From a virus (lineage: Duplodnaviria; Caudoviricetes): a stretch of DNA of 64,000 nt. The notes under the pieces were generated by a model that was given only the letters and a program-made list of their open reading frames with translations, made no database searches and was not told the DNA's origin. The translations under genes were made by a program, and so were the position numbers. Location: positions 1 to 64,000 of the IMG/VR virus record IMGVR_UViG_3300027374_000002; one strand, 5' to 3'. Below, piece after piece: positions 19,087-27,516 of this stretch. The stretch's first letter is position 1; each line of letters begins with the position of its first letter.

Positions 19087-20345
19087 TGGCGAAGACAACT
19101 ACAGATTTTCAGTTGGTATCAATTTCAAAGCTGGTACCTTATGTGAATAACGCCCGTACCCACTCGCCGGAACAGATTAACAAACTCCGCGCCAGCTTGC
19201 GCGAGTTCGGGTTTATTAATCCCGTGATTATAGACCGGGAGTTCGGCATCATTGCCGGACACGGGCGCGTTATGGCGGCGAGGGAGGAAGGTATCGCGGA
19301 AGTTCCGTGCGTATTCGTTGACCACCTCACCGAAGCACAAAAGAAAGCATATATCCTGGCAGATAACCGTATGGCAATGGATGCCGGGTGGGATGAAGAA
19401 CTTTTGCGCGTCGAAATTGAAGCCTTGCAAGGTGCGGACTTCGATGTCGGGTTGACCGGGTTTGACGATAAGGAAATCGCGGACCTGTTCAAGACTGATT
19501 CGGGCAAGGTTGAAGATGACGATTTCGACTTAACCGCCGCCCTCGAAAAAGCCTCTTTCGTTGAGGAAGATGATGTCTGGGTTGTGGGCAAGCACCGTCT
19601 CATCTGCGGTGATGCTACTAACCCGGACCACGTTGCCAAACTTATGGATGGTAAACGCGCAAACCTCATTCTTACAGACCCGCCCTACGGTGTATCTTTC
19701 AAAAGCAAGAGCGGACTTACAATCAAGAATGACAGCATGAAGAACGAGGAGTTCTATGAGTTCCTGAAAAGCGCCTTCGTCAATATGGCGGCGCATTTGG
19801 AACAGGGCGGTTCCGCTTATGTATTCCACGCCGACACCGAAGGTTTAAACTTCCGTCAGGCGTTTATCGATGCCGGATTCCACCTTGCCGGATGCTGCAT
19901 CTGGGTAAAGGACAGCCTGGTTCTGGGACGGAGCGATTATCAGTGGCAGCACGAGCCGGTTCTTTACGGCTTCCTGAAAAACGGCAAGCATAGCTGGTAT
20001 TCCGACCGCAAACAAACAACCATCTGGAACTTTAAAAAGCCTAAGCGCAACGAGAACCATCCTACCAGTAAGCCGCTCGACCTGCTGAGTTATCCTCTTG
20101 GGAACTCATCGCAGGAAAACGCAATCGTGGTGGATACCTTCGGCGGGAGTGGTTCCACGCTTATGGCTTGCGAAGCAATGAACCGCATTTGCTATACGAT
20201 GGAACTCGATCCGAAGTACGCATCGGTTATCCTTCGCCGCTATGTGGAGGACACCGGCGATGCAGAGGGAGTTTATTGTGTGCGCAGCGAAAAGCAAATA
20301 CCTTATTCCGAACTTGTAAAGGAGCTGGAAACCAAAGTTGAATAA
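19086..20345 (+). CDS. ParB-fused N6A/N4C DNA methyltransferase
   Basis: N-terminal ParB (IIAGHGR), TDPPY motif IV, HPT.KP, DTFGGSGST motif I. Confidence 0.92.
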   Translation: MAKTTTDFQLVSISKLVPYVNNARTHSPEQINKLRASLREFGFINPVIIDREFGIIAGHGRVMAAREEGIAEVPCVFVDHLTEAQKKAYILADNRMAMDAGWDEELLRVEIEALQGADFDVGLTGFDDKEIADLFKTDSGKVEDDDFDLTAALEKASFVEEDDVWVVGKHRLICGDATNPDHVAKLMDGKRANLILTDPPYGVSFKSKSGLTIKNDSMKNEEFYEFLKSAFVNMAAHLEQGGSAYVFHADTEGLNFRQAFIDAGFHLAGCCIWVKDSLVLGRSDYQWQHEPVLYGFLKNGKHSWYSDRKQTTIWNFKKPKRNENHPTSKPLDLLSYPLGNSSQENAIVVDTFGGSGSTLMACEAMNRICYTMELDPKYASVILRRYVEDTGDAEGVYCVRSEKQIPYSELVKELETKVE

Positions 20346-21096
20346 GCCTGAATATCATATCGTAAGTCTTTCGGGTGGGAAGGACTCAACGGCTATGCTC
20401 TTAATGATGCTTGAAAAGGGGATGCAGATTGACTGCATCCTCTTTTGCGATACCGGCTTGGAATTTCCGGGAATGTACGAACACCTGGAAAAGCTCGAAA
20501 AGTATATAGGCAGACCTATAACGCGAGTGCGTGCCGATAAGGATTTCGAGTACCTATTTAAAGACCATAAAATCGCAGGGGGAAGAAGTCAAACCTTCAT
20601 CGAGCAATACAGTGAAGGACACAACGGCTATGGTTGGGCAGGTCCCAAGATGCGGTGGTGTACATCTAAGCTGAAAGACCACCCTCGTGAAAAGTTCCTG
20701 AGCAACTTGCGAAAGGACTATGACCTCATAGAGTATGTTGGGTTGGCAGCGGATGAGGGCTACCGCCTGGAACGGAAAGCAAACCAACGTGAGAACTGCC
20801 GGCACCCGCTGGTTGAGTGGGGTATAACCGAAGCTCAATGCCTGCAGTATTGCTATGATCATGGTTTTGACTGGGGCGGTCTGTATCAATATTTCAAGCG
20901 GGTATCTTGCTGGTGCTGCCCTTTGCAGAGCCTTTCCGAACTTCGTAAACTTTACCGGTTCTTCCCTGAACTCTGGGCAAAGCTGAAATATTGGGACAGT
21001 TGTACTTGGCGCAAGTTCCGGGCGGACTATTCTGTTGTGGAACTTGAGGTCCGCTTCCGGCTTGAAGAAGAATGGGAGCAAGCAGGAAAAAAATAA
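20338..21096 (+). CDS. PAPS reductase-family (PP-loop) protein
   Basis: SLSGGKDS, RWCTSKLK, RVSCWCCP Fe-S-type cysteines. Confidence 0.85.
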   Translation: MNKPEYHIVSLSGGKDSTAMLLMMLEKGMQIDCILFCDTGLEFPGMYEHLEKLEKYIGRPITRVRADKDFEYLFKDHKIAGGRSQTFIEQYSEGHNGYGWAGPKMRWCTSKLKDHPREKFLSNLRKDYDLIEYVGLAADEGYRLERKANQRENCRHPLVEWGITEAQCLQYCYDHGFDWGGLYQYFKRVSCWCCPLQSLSELRKLYRFFPELWAKLKYWDSCTWRKFRADYSVVELEVRFRLEEEWEQAGKK

Positions 21097-21207
21097 CAAG
21101 CCGGGCTTTCTTCGAGGAGTTGAAAACCCGCATTAACAAATTAAAAAAGTAACAATGTAAAAAAAAGAAAAAAGCAAAAAAAGTTTTTCATTATCGGCAA
21201 AATTCAG

Positions 21208-21236
21208 TGGATATTATTTCCGGTTAGAGCTAATAT
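21208..21236 (+). promoter_or_regulatory. Repeated promoter, copy 1
   Basis: TGGATA-N10-TTAGAGCTAATAT. Confidence 0.7.
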
Positions 21237-21267
21237 GCGTGTACCAAAAAAACAAAGGAGGCATTCT

Positions 21268-21486
21268 ATGCATTTCAACGAAGAAACTTTGAAAAGGCTG
21301 AGGGAAAGATTTCCTGAAGGCGCACGGGTAAGGCTCACGGCAATGTCTGACAGGTTTGCGCCGCCTATTGGAACACTGGGAACGGTGATGTCGGTTGATG
21401 ACATCGGGACCATTCACGTTGCGTGGGACAACGGTTCCACGCTTGGCGTAGTATACGGCGAGGACCACTGCGAAAGAGTGGACTGA
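21268..21486 (+). CDS. DUF4314 protein
   Basis: G.RVRL..M.D..APPIGT.GTV..VDDIGTIHV.WDNGSTLG. Confidence 0.88.
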   Translation: MHFNEETLKRLRERFPEGARVRLTAMSDRFAPPIGTLGTVMSVDDIGTIHVAWDNGSTLGVVYGEDHCERVD

Positions 21487-21495
21487 AAGGCTGGT

Positions 21496-21831
21496 GTGCT
21501 GATGGGGAAGTTCAATTTTCATTTCGAAGCCGGAAGCGGCAGAGCGAAATCTGACATTGTGATTTATTCCTGCGGTGGCGTTTATGTAAGCAAGACCGCA
21601 AGAGCGCGATTTAATCTTGATGGAGTTGGGTTAAGGTGGGGCGAAGATAAATCGCAACATATCCTGGCACTTCGAAAGGATAAAAACGCAAAGCAAATCA
21701 AGGTGGGGAAAGGTCCCAACTTCCGCTGCCCGGCAGAGATTGCACGGTGCTACGAAGGAAGGTATAACCTTATGGAAGAGGAAGGCGTTCTGGTTTTGTA
21801 TCAGGTAAAAAATGAGGAAAGCGAGGCTTAA
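21496..21831 (+). CDS. Hypothetical protein, possibly swapped-hairpin (AbrB-like) fold
   Basis: Short beta-rich ORF in the operon. Confidence 0.6.
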   Translation: MLMGKFNFHFEAGSGRAKSDIVIYSCGGVYVSKTARARFNLDGVGLRWGEDKSQHILALRKDKNAKQIKVGKGPNFRCPAEIARCYEGRYNLMEEEGVLVLYQVKNEESEA

Positions 21832-21916
21832 ATTCTGGTTCATAAAAGGTGCTGAAAGTCAAGAGAATTTGCGAAAATAAATATAAATTTATATTTAAAA
21901 ATTCTTCGATTATCGC

Positions 21917-21945
21917 TTGATATATGTGTGTTTTAGAGCGAATAT
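21917..21945 (+). promoter_or_regulatory. Repeated promoter, copy 2
   Basis: TTGATA-N10-TTAGAGCGAATAT. Confidence 0.7.
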
Positions 21946-21989
21946 ACACGTACAAAAAACGAAGGGCAGCAGCCCACGGAGGATTAAAA

Positions 21990-22934
21990 ATGAAAGCAAA
22001 CATCGAACAGCAAATCAGCAAAATGAAGGAACAGACCATCGGGGTTGAAGTTGAAATGAACAGCATCAGCCGCGAGAAGGCAGCAAAGAAGATAGCCGAG
22101 TATTTCGGCACGACAGCCTGGTACGCAGCCCGCGAATACGGATACAGCTCCTGGGCTTGCAAAGACCAGCAAGGCAGGGTTTGGAAATTCCAGAGAGACG
22201 GAAGCATCGCCGGACCGGACGAAGAAAAATGCGAAATGGTAACGCCGATCCTGACCTACGCGGACATGGACACCTTGCAGGAAATCATTAGAATTCTTCG
22301 CAAGAACGGCGCGAAGAGCGACTCAACCCGCGGCTGCGGAGTTCACATCCACATTGGTGCGAATGGACACACGCCTCAAACGCTCCGAACCCTGGCGAAC
22401 ATAATGGCAAGCCACGAGAGCCTGCTTTCCGAAGCGCTCAACATTTCAAGCTCCAGAATCAGAAGCTATTGCAGAACGGTTGATACCCGCTTCCTTACCG
22501 AAGTAAATCGCAAGAAGCCCACCACGATGGCAGCCTTCGCAGACATCTGGTACAAGAGCCACAATGCAACCTGGGGCAGAACCGACCATTATAACGATAG
22601 CCGCTACCACATGCTGAACTACCACGCAACCTTCACAAAAGGCACGATTGAATTCAGACTTTTCCAATTTGATGCACCTGCAAACGGCAAGCAGAATGGG
22701 CTTCACGCCGGACAGCTCAAGAGCTACATTCAGCTTTGCCTGGCGCTTTCACAACTCGCAAAAGAGCTGAGAACCGCAAGCAGCAAACCCCAGCAGCACG
22801 AGAACCCGAAATACGCGATGAGAACCTGGTTGCTTAGACTCGGCTTCATAGGCGAGGAATTTAAAACCGCAAGAGAGTTCTTAACGAAGCGCCTTTCAGG
22901 GGATGCAGCCTTCCGCAACGGAAGAGTAGCGTAA
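21990..22934 (+). CDS. Putative amidoligase (COOH-NH2 ligase type 2)
   Basis: GVEVEM, DGSI, CEMVTP, CGVHIHIG, RY..LN, GTIEFR. Confidence 0.9.
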   Translation: MKANIEQQISKMKEQTIGVEVEMNSISREKAAKKIAEYFGTTAWYAAREYGYSSWACKDQQGRVWKFQRDGSIAGPDEEKCEMVTPILTYADMDTLQEIIRILRKNGAKSDSTRGCGVHIHIGANGHTPQTLRTLANIMASHESLLSEALNISSSRIRSYCRTVDTRFLTEVNRKKPTTMAAFADIWYKSHNATWGRTDHYNDSRYHMLNYHATFTKGTIEFRLFQFDAPANGKQNGLHAGQLKSYIQLCLALSQLAKELRTASSKPQQHENPKYAMRTWLLRLGFIGEEFKTAREFLTKRLSGDAAFRNGRVA

Positions 22935-22948
22935 GGAGGTAGACGGTA

Positions 22949-23395
22949 ATGAAAAAGTATTATTTGGCATACGGCAGCAACTTAAATAAAGGGCAGATGC
23001 AGATGCGATGCCCAGGTGCGGTTCCGGTTGGGACCGCAGAAATCAAAGGATACCAGCTCCTGTTCAAAGGCAGCAGGACGGGTTCCTACCTGACGATTGA
23101 ACAGAAGAAAGGTGCGGTGGTCCCGGTAGGAGTTTGGGAAGTTGACCGCTTCCACGAGCATCGGTTAGACATTTACGAAGGGTATCCTTCCTTCTACTAC
23201 AAGAGAAAAGTTAAGGTTACCCTGAAGGAAACACAGCAGGAAATTGAAGCATTCGTTTACATCATGCATGAGGACCGTCCGCTTGGGATACCATCCAATT
23301 TCTATGTGGAGGTATGCAAAAACGGCTATGATGATTTCGGATTTGATAAAAAATATTTACGCGCAGCAATCAAAGCAAGCGTAGGAGGTATGTAA
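22949..23395 (+). CDS. Gamma-glutamylcyclotransferase family protein
   Basis: YLAYGSNL..QM..RCP, LDIYEGYP.FY. Confidence 0.9.
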   Translation: MKKYYLAYGSNLNKGQMQMRCPGAVPVGTAEIKGYQLLFKGSRTGSYLTIEQKKGAVVPVGVWEVDRFHEHRLDIYEGYPSFYYKRKVKVTLKETQQEIEAFVYIMHEDRPLGIPSNFYVEVCKNGYDDFGFDKKYLRAAIKASVGGM

Positions 23396-23396
23396 A

Positions 23397-23600
23397 ATGG
23401 AAACACCTGAAAAAACGTTACGAATTTGCCCGAAATGCGGAAATGAATACCGCGGAAGACCGGCGCTGTCCAGAGAGGATAACGCTACGGCTATTTGCCC
23501 GGATTGCGGTACGCGAGAGGCGCTGATTTCAATGGGAATCAGCGTGGAAGAACAGGACAAAATCATCGATGTAATCCATCAAAATTTCCCGCAAAGATAA
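23397..23600 (+). CDS. Small zinc-ribbon protein
   Basis: CPKCG..PALSR..ICPDCG. Confidence 0.75.
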   Translation: METPEKTLRICPKCGNEYRGRPALSREDNATAICPDCGTREALISMGISVEEQDKIIDVIHQNFPQR

Positions 23601-23634
23601 ATAAATATTTCTTTATAATTCTTCGCAAATACGC

Positions 23635-23663
23635 TTGATAATTATTCGTTTTAGAGCGAATAT
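23635..23663 (+). promoter_or_regulatory. Repeated promoter, copy 3
   Basis: TTGATA-N10-TTAGAGCGAATAT. Confidence 0.7.
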
Positions 23664-23705
23664 ACACATACCAAATCGGGCAGCAAGCCCACTAAGGAGG
23701 AAGGT

Positions 23706-24449
23706 ATGACCGTAGAAACCTTGAAAGAGCGTATTGCGAACGCGCAGAAGAAAATCGCAACCATGCAGGGAACCATTGAGAAGAAGCTAAACATAATTGA
23801 AAAGAAGAAGCAGAAGCTCATAAAGCTCGGAGTTGCAGACCCGGACAGCAAAACAGTTGACGATGTTCGTAGCACTGGAAACACCGAAGCGATGTGGCTG
23901 ATGTGCGATATTAAGTACCTGAAGGAAGACATCCAAAGGGGAAAGCGTGAGATTGAAGAAACAGAGCTAACGTTGAAAAAGTACGAAAAGCAGCTAACGG
24001 GCGAGCTTGAACAGGAAGCGGTGCTTCGGGAAATACCGGAGGTGCTGAAGAAGCTCCGAGACGAGCTGGTTGCCCGGTGGGATGCTTGGGACCTGGAACG
24101 TAAAGCGAGGTATTGGAAAGACCGCCGTGAAATGGAGTGGGATGCATTCCGGAAGAAATACAAGTACGCAGACACCAGGTTCGCAGAACAGTCGGATGAA
24201 CAGATTCACAAGAGCAACATTCGTGATGCGGAATTTTTAATCTTTGACCTGGTACGAAGGGTTCAGGCAATAACCGGCGAAATAACGAGCTGGGCGAACA
24301 TCAGAGCTACGCAAGGCACACAAGGGTTCACGGTCCTGAACGGCATCGTAATTGGCAAGGAAGGCAGGGCAGAAATCGAGAGCATACTTGCCGGAGGATA
24401 CAACATCCAAAGGCTGCACATCAGGGTTCTGGTAAAAGAGTATAAATGA
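23706..24449 (+). CDS. Coiled-coil hypothetical phage protein
   Basis: AAGGAGG RBS; C-terminal GYNIQRLH.R.LV. Confidence 0.75.
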   Translation: MTVETLKERIANAQKKIATMQGTIEKKLNIIEKKKQKLIKLGVADPDSKTVDDVRSTGNTEAMWLMCDIKYLKEDIQRGKREIEETELTLKKYEKQLTGELEQEAVLREIPEVLKKLRDELVARWDAWDLERKARYWKDRREMEWDAFRKKYKYADTRFAEQSDEQIHKSNIRDAEFLIFDLVRRVQAITGEITSWANIRATQGTQGFTVLNGIVIGKEGRAEIESILAGGYNIQRLHIRVLVKEYK

Positions 24450-24475
24450 TTAATTGCCCCCTGAATATGCCGCAG

Positions 24476-24511
24476 AAAACCACCTTTTCGGGGGTGGTTT
24501 TTATCGTAAAA
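24476..24511 (+). terminator. Terminator of the repeated ACCACC/GGTGGT family
   Basis: AAAACCACC-ttttcggg-GGTGGTTTT then TATCGTAAAA. Confidence 0.65.
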
Positions 24512-24549
24512 ATAAATAAATAAATCTTCAAAATAGTGCCTCAAATCGC

Positions 24550-24578
24550 TGGATATATATCTTTTTTAGAGTTAATAT
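24550..24578 (+). promoter_or_regulatory. Repeated promoter, copy 4
   Basis: TGGATA-N10-TTAGAGTTAATAT. Confidence 0.7.
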
Positions 24579-24608
24579 ACACCTACAAAAAGCAAAGGAG
24601 ACACCACC

Positions 24609-24803
24609 ATGACAGAAGCATACGCAAGGGAAAAAGCAGAAATTTTAGTAAGGGACCACAACCATTACAAGAAGTACGGAGACAAAGCAGCTTGCGCCGA
24701 TTACAAAATGGCACTTGACCTTTTGATTTACTCGGCAGCCAGAATCGGATGCAAGATTTCCTACACAACTTCCAAGAACGGAATGCTCAGCCTGGTAGGT
24801 TAA
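24609..24803 (+). CDS. Hypothetical protein
   Basis: AAGGAG RBS behind promoter copy 4. Confidence 0.65.
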   Translation: MTEAYAREKAEILVRDHNHYKKYGDKAACADYKMALDLLIYSAARIGCKISYTTSKNGMLSLVG

Positions 24804-24816
24804 GGAGGAAAGAAAA

Positions 24817-25164
24817 ATGGCGAAGATTTATGAAACGAGAGAAGCAGCAAGAGAAGCATGCGAAATTTACGGCACAACGGCTTGCAACCGCGCAGCAGAC
24901 GCGATTGCCTTGGCGGACGCGGGTGAAGCCGGCAGAGCTTGGAACAGGGCGGACGAAGCGCAAATGAACGCGGAAGCGGCAATGAAAGCGCACGATGAAC
25001 TTTGGGAACTTTCCAAGCACAGATTAACCAAGAAGGAACGCGAGGCTTTCGAGCTTGCAGAACTTGGCGAAGGAAAAGCAATCAAAGCAGCGCAGGCTTG
25101 CGCAACAGCGGTTGAAAAAATTCAAGCCGCATTCGATGCAGAAAGAAAGGGGGCGAAAGCATGA
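24817..25164 (+). CDS. Ala/Glu-rich helical hypothetical protein
   Basis: AGGAGG RBS; operonic. Confidence 0.7.
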   Translation: MAKIYETREAAREACEIYGTTACNRAADAIALADAGEAGRAWNRADEAQMNAEAAMKAHDELWELSKHRLTKKEREAFELAELGEGKAIKAAQACATAVEKIQAAFDAERKGAKA

Positions 25165-25601
25165 GAAAGCCAATAACCTTAAACGAGTACATTGCAAGCC
25201 TACAGAAGATAGCGGAAGCGCATGGCAACGATGAATTGATTTCCATCGGAGCCTGCTGCGGCGAGTTTAACGGAATGACATCCCCTTTCTCGCTTCGCAT
25301 GGTGAGAAACGGAAAACAGCTATGCTGCTACGTTCCCGCATACAAGGAAGTACAGCCGGAGGTCGGGGTTCTCAGGAAGGATGGCAGACTTCAAATCGCG
25401 GGCGGGACATTCCACTTCTGGGTTAAGCGCCACGAGGAATGCTCAGAATTCGGAATTGATGGCGGCAGGATTTCCAAGCTGACCATTACCAATGAAGGAA
25501 CGGGGCGCGAGGTTGTAAACTATGACAGGGGCTGGGACATCGAACCCAAGACGAAAGGCGCGAAGGCGGCGCTTGAATGGGTACTTCGGAACTTCGGTTG
25601 A
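25161..25601 (+). CDS. Hypothetical protein with a DUF7678-like C-terminal domain
   Basis: S.FGIDGGRISKL..NYDRGWD..P. Confidence 0.7.
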   Translation: MRKPITLNEYIASLQKIAEAHGNDELISIGACCGEFNGMTSPFSLRMVRNGKQLCCYVPAYKEVQPEVGVLRKDGRLQIAGGTFHFWVKRHEECSEFGIDGGRISKLTITNEGTGREVVNYDRGWDIEPKTKGAKAALEWVLRNFG

Positions 25602-25801
25602 TAGGAGGTACGGCAATGGAAAAACTTACGGATGTTTTGAAAGAGCTGAAAGACCAGAAGGTCGCAATCGTTGAAAAGGGCGAATTGCAATGGACCGGGT
25701 TGGCGCAGGACTTTCCTACCTACTATTACGATACCAGAAATGTGGTTAACCGAAGGCAAGCCGAGTTTAACCTGAACATAACAATCCTGGAATTGGATTG
25801 A
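25577..25801 (+). CDS. Hypothetical protein (likely start MEKLTD near 25616)
   Basis: AGGAGG RBS upstream of the internal ATG. Confidence 0.6.
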   Translation: MGTSELRLIGGTAMEKLTDVLKELKDQKVAIVEKGELQWTGLAQDFPTYYYDTRNVVNRRQAEFNLNITILELD

Positions 25802-25904
25802 TAAAAAAATAAAACTGAAAACAACCAGCAGCTCCCGATGGGGCTGTTGCTCGTATAGGACCTTTAGAGGTCTTTTTTTATTGCCGAAAAAAGGAGGTGA
25901 GAAG

Positions 25905-27506
25905 TTGCGAAAACTGAAAAAGTACGTACCGACCAAGTTCATGGCAAAGGACTCGCACTATGATAAAGCGGCGGCGGATTACGCTGTAAATTTCATAGAG
26001 TGCCTGTGCCACACAAAAGGAACGTGGGCGGGGAAGCCGTTTGAACTTATAGATTGGCAGGAACAGATAATCCGTGATGTTTTTGGAGTTATTAAACCGA
26101 ATGGGTATCGACAATTCAACACGGCATACATTGAAATTCCGAAGAAGCAGGGCAAGTCGGAGTTGGCGGCGGCGGTCGCGCTTTTACTTACCTGCGGTGA
26201 TTTCGAAGAACGTGCAGAGGTTTATGGCTGCGCAGCGGACCGGCAGCAAGCCAGCATTGTTTTTGAAGTGGCGGCGGATATGGTTCGTATGTGTCCGGCG
26301 CTCAACCGGCGAGTAAAAATTCTGGCGGCAACAAAGCGTATTGTTTACCTGCCTACGAACAGTTTCTATCAGGTGTTGTCAGCAGAAGCCTACAGTAAAC
26401 ACGGCTTTAATATACACGGCGTGGTGTTTGACGAACTGCACACGCAACCCAACCGGAAGCTGTTTGATGTTATGACCAAAGGCTCAGGTGATGCGAGAAT
26501 GCAGCCGCTTTACTTTTTGATCACCACAGCCGGAACCGATACACATTCCATCTGCTATGAAACGCATCAAAAGGCAAAGGATATCCTGGCGGGAAGGAAG
26601 CACGATACAACCTTCTACCCGGTTATTTACGGTGCAGAAGAAGATGACGATTGGACCGATCCGAAGGTGTGGAAGAAGGCGAATCCATCTCTCGGAATTA
26701 CTGTGGGGTTTGATAAGGTGCAGGCAGCTTGCAATTCGGCAAAGCAAAACCCGGCAGAAGAAAACTCATTTCGGCAGCTTCGCTTGAACCAATGGGTAAA
26801 GCAAGCGGTGCGCTGGATGCCGATGGATAAATGGGAAAAGTGCAAAGCGGTAATTGATGAAGACGAGCTTGAAGGTCGGGTTTGCTACGGCGGGCTGGAC
26901 CTATCTTCGACTTCGGATATTACGGCGTTTGTGCTGGTGTTCCCGCCTACCGATGACGATGACCGGTACATCGTTCTTCCGTATTTCTGGATACCGGAGG
27001 ACAACATAACTACGCGCGTAAATAAGGACCACGTTCCGTATGACATTTGGGAGCGGCAGGGCTTTCTGGAAACTACCGAAGGTAACGTTGTGCATTACGG
27101 CTACATTGAAAAATTTATCGAGCGGCTGGGTGAGCGATTTAATATCCGCGAGATTGCCTTCGACCGTTGGGGTGCAGTGCAGATGGTTCAAAACCTGGAA
27201 GGAATGGGTTTCACGGTGGTTCCTTTTGGGCAGGGGTTTAAAGATATGTCCCCACCTACGAAAGAGCTGATGAAGCTGGTTCTGGAACAGAAGATTGCGC
27301 ATAGCGGACACCCGGTGCTTCACTGGATGATGGATAACGTGTGTGCGAGAACCGATCCGGCAGGAAACATAAAAATGGATAAAGAAAAATCAACTGAAAA
27401 AATAGACGGTGCTGTGGCTACTGTTATGGCGCTGGACCGCGCAATAAGGTGCGGTAACGATGCTTCGGAGTCTGTGTACGACAGCCGGGGCATTTTGTTT
27501 TTATAG
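25905..27506 (+). CDS. Terminase large subunit
   Basis: Walker A IPKKQGKSE, VFDELH, GGLDLSSTSD, KIDG; TTG start after AGGAGG. Confidence 0.95.
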   Translation: MRKLKKYVPTKFMAKDSHYDKAAADYAVNFIECLCHTKGTWAGKPFELIDWQEQIIRDVFGVIKPNGYRQFNTAYIEIPKKQGKSELAAAVALLLTCGDFEERAEVYGCAADRQQASIVFEVAADMVRMCPALNRRVKILAATKRIVYLPTNSFYQVLSAEAYSKHGFNIHGVVFDELHTQPNRKLFDVMTKGSGDARMQPLYFLITTAGTDTHSICYETHQKAKDILAGRKHDTTFYPVIYGAEEDDDWTDPKVWKKANPSLGITVGFDKVQAACNSAKQNPAEENSFRQLRLNQWVKQAVRWMPMDKWEKCKAVIDEDELEGRVCYGGLDLSSTSDITAFVLVFPPTDDDDRYIVLPYFWIPEDNITTRVNKDHVPYDIWERQGFLETTEGNVVHYGYIEKFIERLGERFNIREIAFDRWGAVQMVQNLEGMGFTVVPFGQGFKDMSPPTKELMKLVLEQKIAHSGHPVLHWMMDNVCARTDPAGNIKMDKEKSTEKIDGAVATVMALDRAIRCGNDASESVYDSRGILFL

Positions 27507-27516
27507 GAGGTAGGCA

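Noticed and set aside
20338-21096. Dnd/Ssp phosphorothioation or Dpd/QueC system
   Set aside because: No dndA/D/E, ssp, dpdA or que genes; only a lone PAPS-reductase-like gene.
21208-24578. Repeated TTAGAG motifs as a CRISPR or integron array
   Set aside because: Spacing follows gene boundaries and the motif has -35/-10 geometry; treated as promoters.
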